Shown piece by piece: positions 12,312 to 26,225 of a DNA stretch of 64,000 bases. Positions within the stretch are counted from its first letter, which is position 1. Each line of letters starts with the position of its first letter. The notes below the pieces were generated by a model that made no database searches, was not told where the DNA came from, and saw nothing but the letters and a program-made list of their open reading frames with translations. The DNA is from Negaprion brevirostris (taxonomy: Eukaryota). The DNA lies in assembly GCA_030324005.1 (NCBI GenBank), contig JARDVH010000106.1, forward strand, positions 70,387,282 through 70,451,281, written 5' to 3'. Position numbers and translations under genes: made by a program.

Positions 12312-12660
12312 AGAACATAGAACATAGAACATTACAGCACTGAACAGGCCCTTCGGCCCACGATGTTGCGCCAACCAGTTAAAAACAATGACCCTCTAAC
12401 CTAAAGCAATCCCTTTTCGTCCATAAACCTATCCACGGATCTCTTAAACGCCCCCAAACTAGGTGCATTTACAACTGCAGCAGNNNNNNNNNNNNNNNNN
12501 NNNNNNNNNNNNNNNNNNNNNNNNNNNNNNNNNNNNNNNNNNNNNNNNNNNNNNNNNNNNNNNNNNNNNNNNNNNNNNNNNNNCACTATCCACCCTATCT
12601 AAACCTCTAATCATCTTATATGTTTCAATAAGATCCCCTCTTAGCCGCCTTCTTTCTAGC
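12312..12660 (-). mobile_element. CR1 LINE 3' end
   Basis: (AGAACAT)n tail; minus-strand translation LERRRLRGDLIETYKMIRGLDRVD is the CR1 ORF2 C-terminus. Confidence 0.9.
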
Positions 12661-12739
12661 TCAGAATCATTCAATATTTGAACACCTCTGTCAAATCTTC
12701 TCCAAACTAATGTTCCATCCAGCTTCTTCCATCCATGTT

Positions 12740-13050
12740 TGCTTTGATTTATTATTGTCACATGTATTAACATAGTGAAAAGTATTGTTTCTTGCATGGT
12801 AAACAGATAAAACATGCTGTTCATACAGAAGGAAATGAGGGAGTGCAGAATGTAGGTGTTACAGTCATAGCTAGGGTGTAGAGAAAGATCAACTTAATGT
12901 AAGGTAAGTCCATTCGAAAGTCTAACAGCAGCAGGGAAGAAGCAGTTCTTGAGTCGTTTGGTATGCAACCACAGACTTTTGTATCTTTTTTCCGAAGAAG
13001 GTGGAAGAGAGAACGTTCACAGTGCATGGGGCCCTTAATTATGCTGGCTG
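12740..13050 (-). mobile_element. Non-LTR element 3' end (Rex/Babar-like)
   Basis: TTTGATTTATTATTGTCACATG terminus; minus-strand PNDSRTASSLL resembles the end of a non-LTR ORF; family uncertain. Confidence 0.45.
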
Positions 13051-15009
13051 TGTGTGGAGTGAGTTTTGTCCTGTACCCCAATATGAAGGTACTATGCAAG
13101 TTGAGAGACGCAAGTACAAACATTAAACCCCAGCCATTGTCACGTTAGCCCCTAAATGACCGGGTTTATCGAATTAAATTTTAAATTTATCATGGTAGCA
13201 CCTGAACTCTCAACTTCTAGGTTTTAAGTTCAGTACTGTAACCCCCGCAATACCATACATGAGAAGCATTTGTTAGATTTTACATTGTACTTTGTATTTT
13301 AGGCATTTGACAGAAGAAAAGGTGATTTGCAAGCATTGGTTTATGACAAGACTCATCTCAATTTGACAACATCAAATAAAGAAAGCTAAAGCGATTTTTT
13401 TAATTGATAGAAAATGCAGAAAAAGCAACTTTCATTTTTTTCAGCTCTAGTATTTACTTAAAACTTGGCAGGAAAATAGCTCAGCAATTTCTTTACATCT
13501 GTCTGATTGTTTGTTGTGAAGTGTCTCAGTGAACTTGGAGAGAGGTTGGCTCTTGTGAACTGGAGGGTGATGGTCAAAGGGTGACGATATTCCTGTAAAT
13601 TGAAGTGAATACATTTGGAAATTGGAAAAAAGAGAAGGCTGTAACAAAGACAGAACAGAATCCCAGGAGGGAGAATGACTGCTCAGGTAGTTTTTGGGGC
13701 AGTCTTGGCATTTATTTCATCAATAGTTTAAGATTGCGAAGTTTATCAGTTGTGAAGTAATAAATTGAGTTTATCATTTTTCAGCTACTGCCTGTTCCTG
13801 GTTTGCTGCTTCTATCCCTAACTCTCCCACTGCAACTGGATGTTAGTGAGGGTTTGGGAGGGAGGCACTGAGCACATTTAACAACATGAACCTAGAAAGT
13901 TGATATTCAACCAAGCACACACTGCAGACATGACCTATTCACCACAATTCGTCATATTGCAGGAAGCCATGTCTTTGCACACTTTCCAACTGGGTCAGCT
14001 CGAACAGTTTTCACACCAACACAAATTACAGGTTACAGATTTTCTTGTGACAGTGACCGGTGCTAGGTGAAAAACTGCCCAGAGTTCAATGACACATGTA
14101 TAGGTCTTAATAATGTTATCAAGTTTCTGGCAGTCCCATTGTTAAGCCAGTTAGTGCATATGACAGACTTGTCACAAGAGGTTATCTGCAGAGCAACACA
14201 AGTTACTGACAATCTGTACTGAATGCTAACATATAAGCTAAACCATAGCTTGAGTGTTAATACTGGGATAGAAAAGCAGTCAGGTCTGCCTATGTAGCAT
14301 TTAATCTTTATGAAATTGGAAAGTGTCAAGGCACATATTGTATGAACACAGCAATCAGCTCTTGACATTTATGTTAGCAAATATTACATACAAATTTGAT
14401 CTTCAATTTTGAAATAATTCCTATCTGCTCACAAGAGCAATGCACAAGTGACTGTTAAATTGTAAGGTACCATAAATCCCAGGAATGGACACTGACATTG
14501 TAATTTGTTTCTTCGTTTAAAAAAGTAGCAGCATACAGGCACTGAAAAATGTTTAATAGAAAATAGGCAGATTGAGAGGGGGTGGTCTTGTACAAGACAT
14601 TCTACATGGGTTTAAACTTTGATAGTGTAGAACAATGCAATGGGAGGTTGTTGATTTATAATCTAACGCTTGTACGTTTTATCAGTATGACAATTTTATC
14701 TAGTGAGATACAAGGTGCAACATGAAGCTTCTTTGCTTGATTCTGTAGTCCACAGTTCTGGTATATTACTGCTCATACAAACTGACGTTAGTGGAATTTG
14801 CTTTTAATAGATTGCATAGAATGGTCTGAAATTCCAGGCCTCTTCACAATGTGCATGATATGTGGGTTACTATAGAACACAAAAACTCTGCAGTTCATTT
14901 GTCTGGGTCTAAATATCCCCATCATTTTGCTCACTTCTTTAAATGTTTTACCTCATTTTCACCTACGTGGTACGACATTGTCTGATTTCTTGGACACACT
15001 ATTCCAAAG

Positions 15010-16410
15010 ATTCACAGGAATAGGTCATGTAAAGCCCATCAAGCTGTATTGCCATTCAATGAGATCATGGTGGATCTGTAATCTAACTGTATAACTGTCT
15101 TTGTTCCATCTCCCTTAATACCATTGGTTAACAAAGTTTCAGTTACAAAATAATTGATCTAGCATCAACTCCATTTGCAGAAAAGAATTCCAAAATTCCA
15201 CCACTTAAGAGCAGGTGAATTATCCCTGGTGTCCTGGTTAATATCTGTCCCTCAATCAGCATCACAAAAAAACCGGTCATCACTTGGTCATTATCTTACT
15301 ATTTGTGGGAATTTGCTCAACATTAATGGCTGTTGATTCCTGCAACAGTGACTACACAATTCATCGGCCGTAAAGTGCTTTGAGACATCCAATGGTTGTG
15401 GTAAACACCATTTAAATGCAGGTCCTTTTTTTCTTTACCGCTTGTGTGTGGAAGTGTTTCTCAGTTTCATTCAAGGAGGACTAACCTCTAATTTTTAATA
15501 TTTGCCTCTTTGTCCTCGACCCCACAACAAACAAATAGTTTCACTCCACTGACCCCATTTGTTCCCCCGATATAATTAAAAATTTTGATCAAATTACAGC
15601 CTATTCGAAATTCCAAGGAATGCTAGATTGTGCACTCTATCCTCGTAATTTAAACCTCGTAGTTCAGGTATCATTTTGGTATATTTACAATGCACTCTCA
15701 GGTGACTACTTTGATTGAAAAAATCTTTTGTTGGAGGTATAGTGGGAAATGGATTTTGGAGAACCTGAGAGCACCAGGATGGGGCCAGGGAAATGGGTGT
15801 TGGGGTAATGGAAGAGGGTGCTGACAAGCCTGAGTGCGGCAGGGGAGGGAAGAATTAGGCTTGGGGTGGTGCCGACCAGCTTTCAAAACTGCTGCCTTCG
15901 AACCACATCTTGCCGCGCGGGGCGGGGCTGTCCCAGGAACGAGCGAGCGGCGGTATAGTGGTATTGCCACTAGACTAATAATCCAGTGACCCAGGGCAAG
16001 ATCTGGGCTCGAATTTCAACATGGTAAATGGTGAAATTTGATTTCAATATAAATCTGGAATTAAAAGTCTAATGATGATCATGAAACCATTGTTGATTGT
16101 CATAAAAACCCATCTGGTTCACTAATATCCTTTAGGGAAGGAAATCTGCCACTTTACCTGATCTGGCCTACATGTGACTTCAGACCCACAGAAATGTGGT
16201 TGACTCTCAAATGCTGAATGAAATGAAGGACAGTTAGGGGTGGGCAATAAATGCTGAGTCAGTGATGCCCAGATCCCATAAATCAATAAGCAATACACAA
16301 GGCTGAATTATAAGACTGTCCCATAAAGTCCAGGATGGTAAGTTACCCTCATGTACTCCCTCCCAGGCTAATATAGCCTCTCTAAGATGTGGTGTCAGGA
16401 CTTTGTGTAG
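15010..16410 (-). mobile_element. Degenerate CR1 with nested DeuSINE fragment (15208-15435) and composite insert (15700-16350)
   Basis: Minus-strand YTKMIPELRGLNYEDR (CR1 ORF2); CR1-like text resumes at ~16351; ACCACTT/ACCGCTT flank the DeuSINE piece. Confidence 0.6.
15945..16290 (+). mobile_element. tRNA-headed SINE with L2-like tail
   Basis: A-box-like GGTATAGTGG, B-box-like GGCTCGAATT; body as in 4185-4525. Confidence 0.75.
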
Positions 16411-17479
16411 CCATACCAAAAAAAGACTTTAGACCTCTCACATTCTGATTCTGTAAATAAACAGACTAACTTTGCGTTTAAACAAAGATGGCAAACCTCA
16501 GGATTAAAACAATGACCTCCAGATCTTCAGTCTAAAGTTCTCCCAACTGAGCTATTTTGATTAAATAATACTATCTACATTTAAGCTCTGTACACCTAAT
16601 GATTTAGTGGTAGCACTCTCACTTTTTGAATCAGAGGCTGAGACTTCAAAGAAACAGAACATGCCATCAAGTTTGTAATTAGCCATCATACAGAAAACCA
16701 CGCTTACTGCTTCCATCCCCTACAGATAGCATTACTGTTGCAACATCTGAAAAGTTGTGACTTCCAATCAGGGATCGAATTTAATTAAAAATGATAGTGT
16801 ACTTTGCAATTAAATTCATATTACTTCAGCACTGTTTGCACACCTTGTCAGACAACAGGATATGAGAAAACTTGCACCAAATAAAGAGCCAAATTGAGTC
16901 TAACCACAGACAGCATTAAAGACTGGATGTTTTTCAAACATGTTCAGACAATTTTTTAAATTTGTGTTTAGATTTAGTCATGCAGCAAAATACAGGTTCA
17001 TCTCGCAAAAGAACTAAATTTGTGCAGCAACATTTTATCTCTTTGCAGGTTGGCCAGAGTTAGTAGCACTGAAAGCCAGGAAGTATGCTTGGCTATCTGG
17101 TGTCAAAGTAATGGAAATAAGTTACGATAAAGAAAAACTGAACAAGATAGTGGATGCTGGTGGGATGGGATAGTAAATACCAAAACACTTCTCATGGGCT
17201 CCCTTCTTTCAGCTCATTGCAGCAATATTAGAGCAATTCTACTCACGTGGATAGTGTAAAAACTTTCATTTTATAAACAGCTCCTGACAATTTAAAACAT
17301 ATGAAATGAAAAAGATTAGTTTTATTCAAAGTTAGGAATAGACCATGAAGAGCTAAAATGAGAGAATAATCAAAATTAAATACTCCTTTTCCTCACATAC
17401 TGGGAGGATGACAGTATTCTAAACTGTCTACAAGAATACCAGATGAGTATAAAGAACTAAAGTTTTAATGTTTTAAAGT

Positions 17480-17756
17480 GGGGGTGGCACAGTAGTTAGC
17501 ATTGCTGTCTCAGTGCCAGGGACCTGGGTTAAGTTTCTAGCTTGGGTCATTGTCTGTGCAGAGTCTGCACGTTTTCCCTGTGTCTGCATGGGTTTCCTCC
17601 CACTTTCCTAAAGACTCGCTGGTTAGGTGCATTGGCCATGCTGAATCGTCACTCAGTGTACCCGAACAGGCTCCAGAGTGTGGCAACTTGGGGATTTTCA
17701 CAGTAACTTCATTGCAGTGTCAATGTAAGCCTATTTGTGACACTAATAAACTTTAA
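17480..17756 (+). mobile_element. HE1/V-SINE-like SINE
   Basis: tRNA head GGTGGCACAGTAGTTAGCATTGCTG, V-domain TCTGCACGTTTTCCCTGTGTCTGCATGGGTTTCCTCC, tail GTGACACTAATAAACTTT. Confidence 0.8.
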
Positions 17757-19699
17757 CGAGTACTTTCCTGCCCTGAGGGGGAGTGTGGGGAATCTATTAT
17801 GTCCACCTGAGGTAGAAAAAAAGGCTTCGATTTATATCTCATCCAAAAGCACTCCCTCAGCATTGCCAATCTAGATTATATTCTTAAATCCCAGAAGTGG
17901 AGTTTGAAACCCACAACTCAGGAGTGAGAATGCATCCAACTGTGCCAAAACTGACACCTAGAATTAATTCTTAGAGTGCCAACACATGCAAGATGGCCCA
18001 GCTTGGAAAAATGCTCAGCATCTATTCTGTAACTGGTTTCCTTAACTTGTAAATTTAGGGAGCAATATTGGTCTTACTTTTAGAAACTAAATATTAGAGA
18101 AGATAAAAACTTATTGCAAATACAAAGAACGTGCTCAACTCCCAGCCAGCTGGCCAGTCAAGATGTTTGTGATGATTTGCTCATCCAGACATAACTGTTT
18201 GAACAAATGAGCTGTCTGAGCTCATAATGCATGTTATTTTGATAGACAAATTTCAAAGCTTTTCATCAACCTCCTAATTATCTATGCCCCTGACGGGTCA
18301 GTTTATTGGTTGTAAAACAAACTATTTCATTACTACAGACAGTATACCATTTGAGCTCCTGACGTACAGTCACGCAAACAAATGGGCTTTCAAAACATTG
18401 TCACAATCATGTTAACTTACATGGCTTAATTAAAAACGATTCAAGAAACAAAACTTTCTACAGGAAGTTAATTCTGAAAGAATACTTTAAATTAAGCACT
18501 TTCTGGGGAGAACTGTACATGCAAATACATTCAATTTACTCACCAATATCACAAAAGTTTCATTGAAATAAAGATAAAAAGTAGCACAGGGCAGTGAAAG
18601 TCTTAACATGAAATGTGGACCGAGCAACATTTTGTATTGCTTTCCACAGTAAGTTACAGGCAATAATAATTGATAATTCCTTCTAGTCTCTGGTTCTTGC
18701 AACTGTTTTCTGTAACACAAACTGTTACAGGACATTTCTGCTATCATATTCAGTTAACATTCACACAAATTCAAAAATCCTATTTAGAATAAAAGCAGAA
18801 GTGTGCAGCACAAGAAGCTGCAAAGATTGTAATAACCAAGCTGTTCTATAAGTAAAAGACGCCTGATGTCTGATTACCTGCAGATCACAGTTTGATTCGA
18901 GATGGGTCATTCTTGGAGTTTACATTCTAGTAAAGCATTCAGAGTAATAATAAGGAAAATTTAAATTACTTTCCATCTTGATTCACATGATGAATTTATG
19001 AAACCCAAGTGCAACATCTGAAGCGTAAAAAGCTGATGGGTTGGTACAAGAAAACCATCAAGGTAAAATTTTGTTTGCATGCTTGTTCACCTTCAAGATT
19101 TTAAGAAATTAGTCCACATAAAAATCTGCTCACTGCACAGGGCTTCTGGGATATAATTGAAAGTCCCGCATCTACCCAAGCACCCTCAGTTTTCCAACAT
19201 GTGCGTCACATCAGGAAGTATGATTTCAAGAGTGCCACATGTTTGAGAGACATCGACTAAGGCACAGAGCATACAAAAGCCACGGTTAACAAGTTAACAG
19301 GCAAATTAGTTTTGGGTCAAACATCTGGCTGGCTAAACACAAAGAAATTAAAAGTAGCAAAAATTACTGATGAATGATTTTCTGTGCATTTGGTTTCTAA
19401 CTCAAGAATATTTTCCAGAATGTGTTGTAATTTAGGGAAGCAACTGTCTTTGCAAATCAAAAAATATTACTATCTGCCTTGAGTAAATAGCTTTCTATAA
19501 CAATTAGTTTTATATGACTTTAGGGTAACACATACACTGGAGTTTGTTACATCAAACCAAAGCACAGATAAAAACATTAGGATTGATGAAGTTGTCCTTC
19601 CTCATTATTTTCATTTGTTACTCCACCAGTTCTGAAGGCAGATATGTCCCGAGGCCAAATAGTACACCATCACTGCTTCACAAACTGACATTAGCTTAA

Positions 19700-20260
19700 T
19701 CAACACAAAGCAAAATTTCAGCCTTGCCTACTCATTAGCTGCTGCCAGACTCATTCATGCCCTTGCTACCTTTAGATTTGGCTATTCCAACACATTTCTA
19801 GCCTGCCTTTTACATTCTCCCTTCCATAAACCTGATAGCATCCAAAACATTGCTGCTCATGTTCTTGCTCACAACAAGTTGTGTTCACCCATAACTGCTA
19901 TACCCTCTGACCAAGTTAAGCAATGCCTCAATTTTTAAATTTTCATCCTCGTTATCAAATACCTCCATAGCCTCACACTCTCAGCCTCTGTAATCTCGTC
20001 CAGCCACTCAACCTAGAGGCATCTCTGTTTCTCTCATTCTGGCCGCACATGCGCTCCAATTATAATTGCTCCAGTGATAGTCAAGTCTTCAGTGGTTAAA
20101 GTCCTAAACTCTACTCTTCCATCCTGAAATCTTTTCGCCCTTCTACCTCGTTATCAACCACTACATCATCTTCTGTGGCTCAGTATCAAATAGTGCTTTA
20201 TAATGCTCACGTGACGTGCTATATTGCCTTTAAGGCCCTATATGTGTGCAAGTCCTGGTT
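19700..20260 (+). mobile_element. Degenerate L2 LINE 3' region
   Basis: CTCATTCATGCCCTTGCTACCTTTAGATTTGGCTATTCCAAC resembles LIHAFVTSRLDYSN; ATCCAAAACATTGCTGC resembles IQNAAA. Confidence 0.7.
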
Positions 20261-22899
20261 GAATGCAAGTGCTGACATCTAATCAACTCCTAGAATATTT
20301 GAGCCAAGACAAAACAGTATGCTAATCTAAAATTAAAAACTTTTTTTTAATTGAAGTTACAATAAGTTAGTTGTTCGACCACCTACTTCCCCACTTGGTA
20401 CCCAATGTTTTTTTTCCAGTCAGGGTGACTGCCAATGCCTTTGCGAAAAAGGAGATACCTGCCATCAACTGGTTAAATGCACATTTAAGACTAATGACAG
20501 GAAGTACTTCATACATAATTTATGGAATGGCCTTTTAGTTAAGTATTGGGGCCAGCAGTTCAGGAATTATTCCCAGGCATTGGATCATGGGAAGCGACTG
20601 AAATGACGATCAAAACTTTCCACACATGGGGAAATTAGAATGGTTTCATACAAATACTTTTGGGAAAACAGAATTCTTGGCTCTTTAAATATACTACTGG
20701 CTTCTGTGTCAGTTCACGAAACATATCTTTGATTTTTAACAATGCTGTCCCATAACTATGTGGTAGCAGAATCCAAGTGCAAGAAATACAAAAGAAGCAG
20801 GATTTATGGATTTTCTAAACTACGTATTATTTGGAGATTACATCCTTTGAGACTGTCTGTCCACTCTGAATCAGTCCCACCACAGAATAAATTCTCTCAG
20901 GAAAAGGTTTCATGCCAATTCAGATCAGGTGCAATGCACTACACAAGCCAGAGCAGGGCTGACTATATCTGATCCATGGTGTGATCAGAGTCCCAATTAT
21001 ACTACCTATTATGGAATAGAGCTGTTCTGTGAAAGCAAAATTGCATGTTGGGCATATTGCTGATCTCATGCTAAAATCTCCTTAATGTGTGATAAAACAT
21101 TAAATTCTTTATCATTGGCGAATATAGAACGAAGGTAGCGTTTGTATCTTGTGCTGTAAATATCGTATAAATGATACCTGGATTTTGATCAAACTGTTCT
21201 TTGTACTATCAAGAAAGTAGATGCAGGGAAGAAATTTTCACAAATGCTGGTAGTGCCCAAAAGTTCTCGTAGTGTGGTTACTCAACAGGAGTGGGAATGA
21301 TAAAGGGAATGGCTCCACAATCCATAAATACTGCACTCAGATTAAACCATGCCAAACATAGACAAAGTCGAACAAAAACAGTCACTATAGTTGATATGTC
21401 AAATCTCAACCTCCTCTTCTTGGATCAAAACTACCTGCTAATTCACTATTAAGACCCAATTTTTCACTTAGCTCAGTATTTATGTCATCTTATTCCATTT
21501 ATTGGATAATTCATTCAATAATGAGTATTGGGTACAAAAATCAGATTAGAGTGTACAAAAGAAAATGCAGCAAAATTCAACAATGGAATTTTACAGGATT
21601 ACAAAATCCTTTACATAAACATTGGTATAATCAATTCAACAGCACAAATCACAAAGTTCAAGGTTTCTGATGTGGCTCCTCACAGATTTTTTTTCAGTAC
21701 CGCAGCAAAAATTACTGCATCATAAATAACCAGCTTGTACCGTAACTAATCAGTTTGACATTTATTCAGATGATCTAACCCCAAATTTCTACATTTGGGT
21801 CAAAACCTATGGGCTTTTCTTTTAAAGGATACACGGTTCATTTTTTTTTGTTAAGTTACTTTGCTGCAATCTTATCAATCATCCATATACCACTCGGTTT
21901 CCTCCACAAGGTAACAAGTAGGCTTTGGCCCATAATTTGCCCAACTTGGACATCACACAGTGTTCTACATTAGATAGATTTTATTCTTCATCCAGTTTGA
22001 AATTATTCTGCAAAGTAAATTGGAGGAGATATGAACTTATAAAAGAGCAACAGGACATCTGGGACCTTGGTGAATGAATAGTCCAACTTTTTAAGATGAG
22101 ATTTAAGGATAGAGAGAGAAACAGAGGAACAACAGAGAAGGGAATAGGTTGATGGAGCCAAATTACATTCAGAAAATGAAACAGAGGGAAGAAAAACTGC
22201 ATAGAAATACAGGAGAGAAGAGACAAAGGAAAAGCAATAGGGATATTTAAAATTTAAAAGGTTTGATAATCATTTACAATCTGCAGGAACAAGTCCACAG
22301 AAAGATTGAAGAACATTGCAAGATCATAAATCTAATTATTAGAAGTTCCCTTACTTTGAGGTGATGTTAATTTATTTCAACAGTGCAAATGCAGCACTTT
22401 TTCACACAAGGTTGATGGCAAACTCCTGCTTTTGCAAAGTCAAAGCGGAGCAATGTAAAATGACCAGCAACAAATAACTCGTGTTTCTCATGGCCTATCT
22501 CTTCTTCCCAACAAATTATTAGAAAATTTACAAACAAACAGCGAACACCATTCTGAGCCATTGTGCTCTCCGAACTCAGTGGCTCAGAATGTGTTAGGTA
22601 ATGTGTTATGGGGACAAGTGTATTTCATCTCATTTCAACCCAACTTTTCTCTATGTTATGTGGATTCCCCACCCATCCCGCTACTGAAGAATTTGCAAAC
22701 TTCCTCTGTGGGAAACAGTGCCGTGCCACAAGACTTTCCCTTTATTTCTACTGTCACCCAGTTCCCTGATTCACAATTAACAATACACCAGAATATCAAC
22801 AATGGTACAACTACTGTCACCAATGATGATGGATTTTTGTTTGGGGTGGGGGTAGCAATGTAATTGCTTTGGTGCTTTAGTTTGAACTTAGAATAGTTC

Positions 22900-23216
22900 A
22901 GGACGCAACAGTGGTTAGCACTGCTGCCTCACAGCATCAGGGACCCGGGTTCGATTCCAGGCTTGGTTTACTGTCTGCGCAGAGNNNNNNNNNNNNNNNN
23001 NNNNNNNNNNNNNNNNNNNNNNNNNNNNNNNNNNNNNNNNNNNNNNNNNNNNNNNNNNNNNNNNNNNNNNNNNNNNNNNNNNNNNNNNNNNNNNNNNNNN
23101 NNNNNNNNNNNNNNNNNNNNNNNNNNNNNNNNNNNNNNNTGTGGGCAGGAGTGTGTTCGGTGCAGACTCAATGGGCCAAATGGTGGTCTTCTGCATTGTA
23201 GGGATTCGATGATTCT
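22900..23216 (+). mobile_element. HE1/V-SINE-like SINE (gap inside)
   Basis: CAGTGGTTAGCACTGCTGCCTCACAG, B-box GGTTCGATTCC, CR1-type tail GGGCCAAATGG...GTAGGGATTC. Confidence 0.8.
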
Positions 23217-23640
23217 AACCCATTTATAGTAACTTCAGCACCAAACAGGGCTAAGTTCCAGTCAATTTTACCTCTTAATTGATACGATGAAATGTTTTTA
23301 CAAAAAGTTTCATTTTTCAGGCAAAAGCGATGTTTAAAGTGCTAAATCATGGTCTTCTCAATAGTAATAGTAGGTTTGGTAAGCTTGTGCAATTAAAAGG
23401 GGTGTGTGCAGTCATATACATGTGCATCCAACTTCAATTTTAGCTCCGGAAAAAGTCATTAATACGCTGTTCTTTGAAATGGCAAACTCCTGATTTCAAC
23501 TAAAATATTAATCAAGTCAAGCTTCACCACACAAACCAGGTGCATATCTAATAGACAAGAGGAGAAACAAGTTAAGAGTCGCTCTAATCTATGCACTTAA
23601 TTTCCAAAGCAGCAGCAAACTAAAGTCGTGACTCAGGATG

Positions 23641-23724
23641 ATGTGGATATGCCGACGTTGGACTGGGGTAAACACCAGGTTAAAATCGGTTGGACTTAAA
23701 CCTGGTGTTGTCAGACTTTTTACT
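23641..23724. mobile_element. Minimal (84-bp) inverted-arm Penelope-derived insertion
   Basis: 13-bp TSD GTGACTCAGGATG at 23628-23640 and 23725-23737; head ATGTGGATATGCCGACGTTGGACTGGGGTAAACAC. Confidence 0.85.
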
Positions 23725-25457
23725 GTGACTCAGGATGGCAGTCAATATCTGAAATGGGGGATCTAAAGTAGAAAGGGATTGACAATCATTTGAAAGATAG
23801 AAAACTGAAGAAATGTAGAAAATAGGAGTAGACCATTCAGCCCTTCGAGGATCAACCGTGATCATGGTGAATATTATCATGGTTGATCCTCTGTCTTAAT
23901 ACCATACTCCTATGCTCTCTCCACACCCATTTACACCTTTAGATGACATGTTTGCTGGCAAAGTACAGACAGCCTTTTACTTTCCAGCTTTGTAGCACAG
24001 AACATAAATCAACATTCCTACAGCTCCCTGCTGAAACAGCTAACAAAAAAAAGTGAAGGTCCAAAATTATCGTTCGAGTTACTGCACAACATAACAAGCA
24101 TCTGGTCAAAAGAACAATGCTATCAGCTAGGCCCTGGAGAAAGCAAACCTACACAACCCATGAATAATCATTAAAACTGATAGCACTGAGCTCACATACA
24201 GCCTTGCTCAAAATATTTGCATCATAACTATGTTTTGCAGACTACTATTTGTTCAAGTTCCTTGCAATATAGAAGACTGATAAGAACATTGCCCAACTGT
24301 TTCTGACCCAATAGCTGTACAAGTCTCAAATGAGTACAAAGGATTCATTTAAGATTAAATGAATAAAATATAGGACATAGGACATAAAAGATTACTTTTC
24401 TCATCCAACTGTTCCTTTCCATTTTCTAAACAGAACATTGTCTATCATAAGATTCCATTACCTGATAGAGATGATTACTGAAGCAAAAATGTCCAACATG
24501 ACAAAACACTAGCTCTGACAAAATTTCAAAACGATGATTACAGGCATTATTCAACTCTGATCTGCATACTTTCCACAGAAAGAAATTTCTGAGCCAAATT
24601 TTAATACAGGAGTTTACATTTATCCTTATCTTTAACTCTGCTCTTAATTTAAGATGATGTGGGTATGCCGGCGTTGGACTGGCGTAAACACAGTAAAAAG
24701 TCTGACAACACCAGGTTTTAGTCCAACCGNNNNNNNNNNNNNNNNNNNNNNNNNNNNNNNNNNNNNNNNNNNNNNNNNNNNNNNNNNNNNNNNNNNNNNN
24801 NNNNNNNNNNNNNNNNNNNNNNNNNNNNNTTTATGATTCTCTTTTGAGGAAGTGGAGGAGGGTTCACCTAAGACCATTACGCTTCAGCAAGTGCTCAGAA
24901 GACAACGGCAGCTGACAGTGGGGTCCAGCTAAGCTGTTGTGGCCTTCACCATCCTGACATTCGTGGCCAGGGTTTGGGAGATCAGGTGGGTGACGTGTAA
25001 ATATGGGTGCTTCAAAACACAATAAATGCCTTGTGATGAGCAGCAGTTGTTTACAAGTTGTGATGTGTGAGTGTGCAACTTCCAGCATCCAGTACAGCTT
25101 GGTCAGGGCAAATGGCACCTCTCTGTGCAACGCCCCATCTTGAGTTTTCACCTGGTGGTGTAGGCTGAGAGAGGAAACCCCAAAGTTAGTTTACAAATTC
25201 AGGAGACGGCTGATACAAATGGAGAAAGGCGAATGCAACTTCGAGGGATAGTTTGGAATGCTCTCTGGCCACGAGACAGAATGCCGAGTTCAAAAGTTTC
25301 CTGGTGAAGGGTAAAGACGTTGCAGTAACAACAACAATCTTGTTTTTGTACTGAATTTACAAAGACTCCAATCCCAAGAATAGGCCAGTAAACTGCACTC
25401 ATTTTAATGGATTAACTGACCATTTCACACAAGGGCATAAAGGCAAACTGATGAGTC

Positions 25458-25571
25458 ACCCATTGCCCCCTCACTCTGACACGTCCCCCATTGACCCCTC
25501 ACTCTGACCCTCCCCCCTCCCCATTGACCCCTCACTCTGACCCTCCCCTCTCTCCCCATTGGCCCCTCACT
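25458..25571. repeat. C-rich minisatellite, ~30-35-bp unit, at least 3.5 copies, runs into gap
   Basis: Repeated CCCATTG(A/C/G)CCCCTCACTCTGAC followed by a C-rich spacer. Confidence 0.85.
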
Positions 25572-25614
25572 NNNNNNNNNNGCACCCAAAATCCCTCAGC
25601 CCGAGATCCTCACC

Positions 25615-26225
25615 CAATCACAGAATATTTAGAGCTCAGAAGTCCATTTGCTTCATCGCACCTGAACCAACTCTCCAAAAGAGCAACTCACCTCACTCCA
25701 TTCCACTTCTCTTCACAACCCTGCACATTCTTCCAGTTCCCTCTTTGAATGCTTCAATTGAACCTGCTTCCACCACACTGGGGCAAAGCTTTCCAAATCC
25801 TAACCAGTCACTGCGTGAAAGTTTTCTTTCATATCACTGCTGGTTTTACTGAGTATGTGAAATCTGTGCTCCCTCATTCGCAATCCTGAGTGGCAACAGT
25901 TTCTCCTCCTCTACTCTACCCAGATCCACTCATGATTTTGAATATCTCAAATAAATCTCTTATCCATCTTTTGTCCAAGAGATACAATCCTAATCTCCCC
26001 AATCCATCTTCATCACTCAAGTTCCTCACCCCGGAACCATTCTGGTGAATCTTTTCTACACTCTCTCGTCCACCAATACTTCTAAATCTTTCCTAAAATG
26101 CCCAGAACTGGACACCATACTCCAGCTGAGGGCAAACTAGTGACTTACACACATGCAACATAACCCCCGTGGTCTTGTATTCTATGCCCTTATTAATAAA
26201 GCCCAGGATACTGTAGGATTTCTCT
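25615..26225 (-). mobile_element. Degenerate CR1 3' region
   Basis: CCCAGAACTGGACACCATACTCCAGCTG is antisense to LEY.VQFW; CR1-like tail at ~25615. Confidence 0.65.

Noticed and set aside
22900-22962. tRNA genes at A-box/B-box motifs (also 15950, 17480, 51440, 55570)
   Set aside because: They continue into SINE bodies and do not form a full cloverleaf
25458-25571. CRISPR-like repeat-spacer pattern
   Set aside because: Vertebrate DNA, short low-complexity C-rich spacers, no cas genes: a minisatellite
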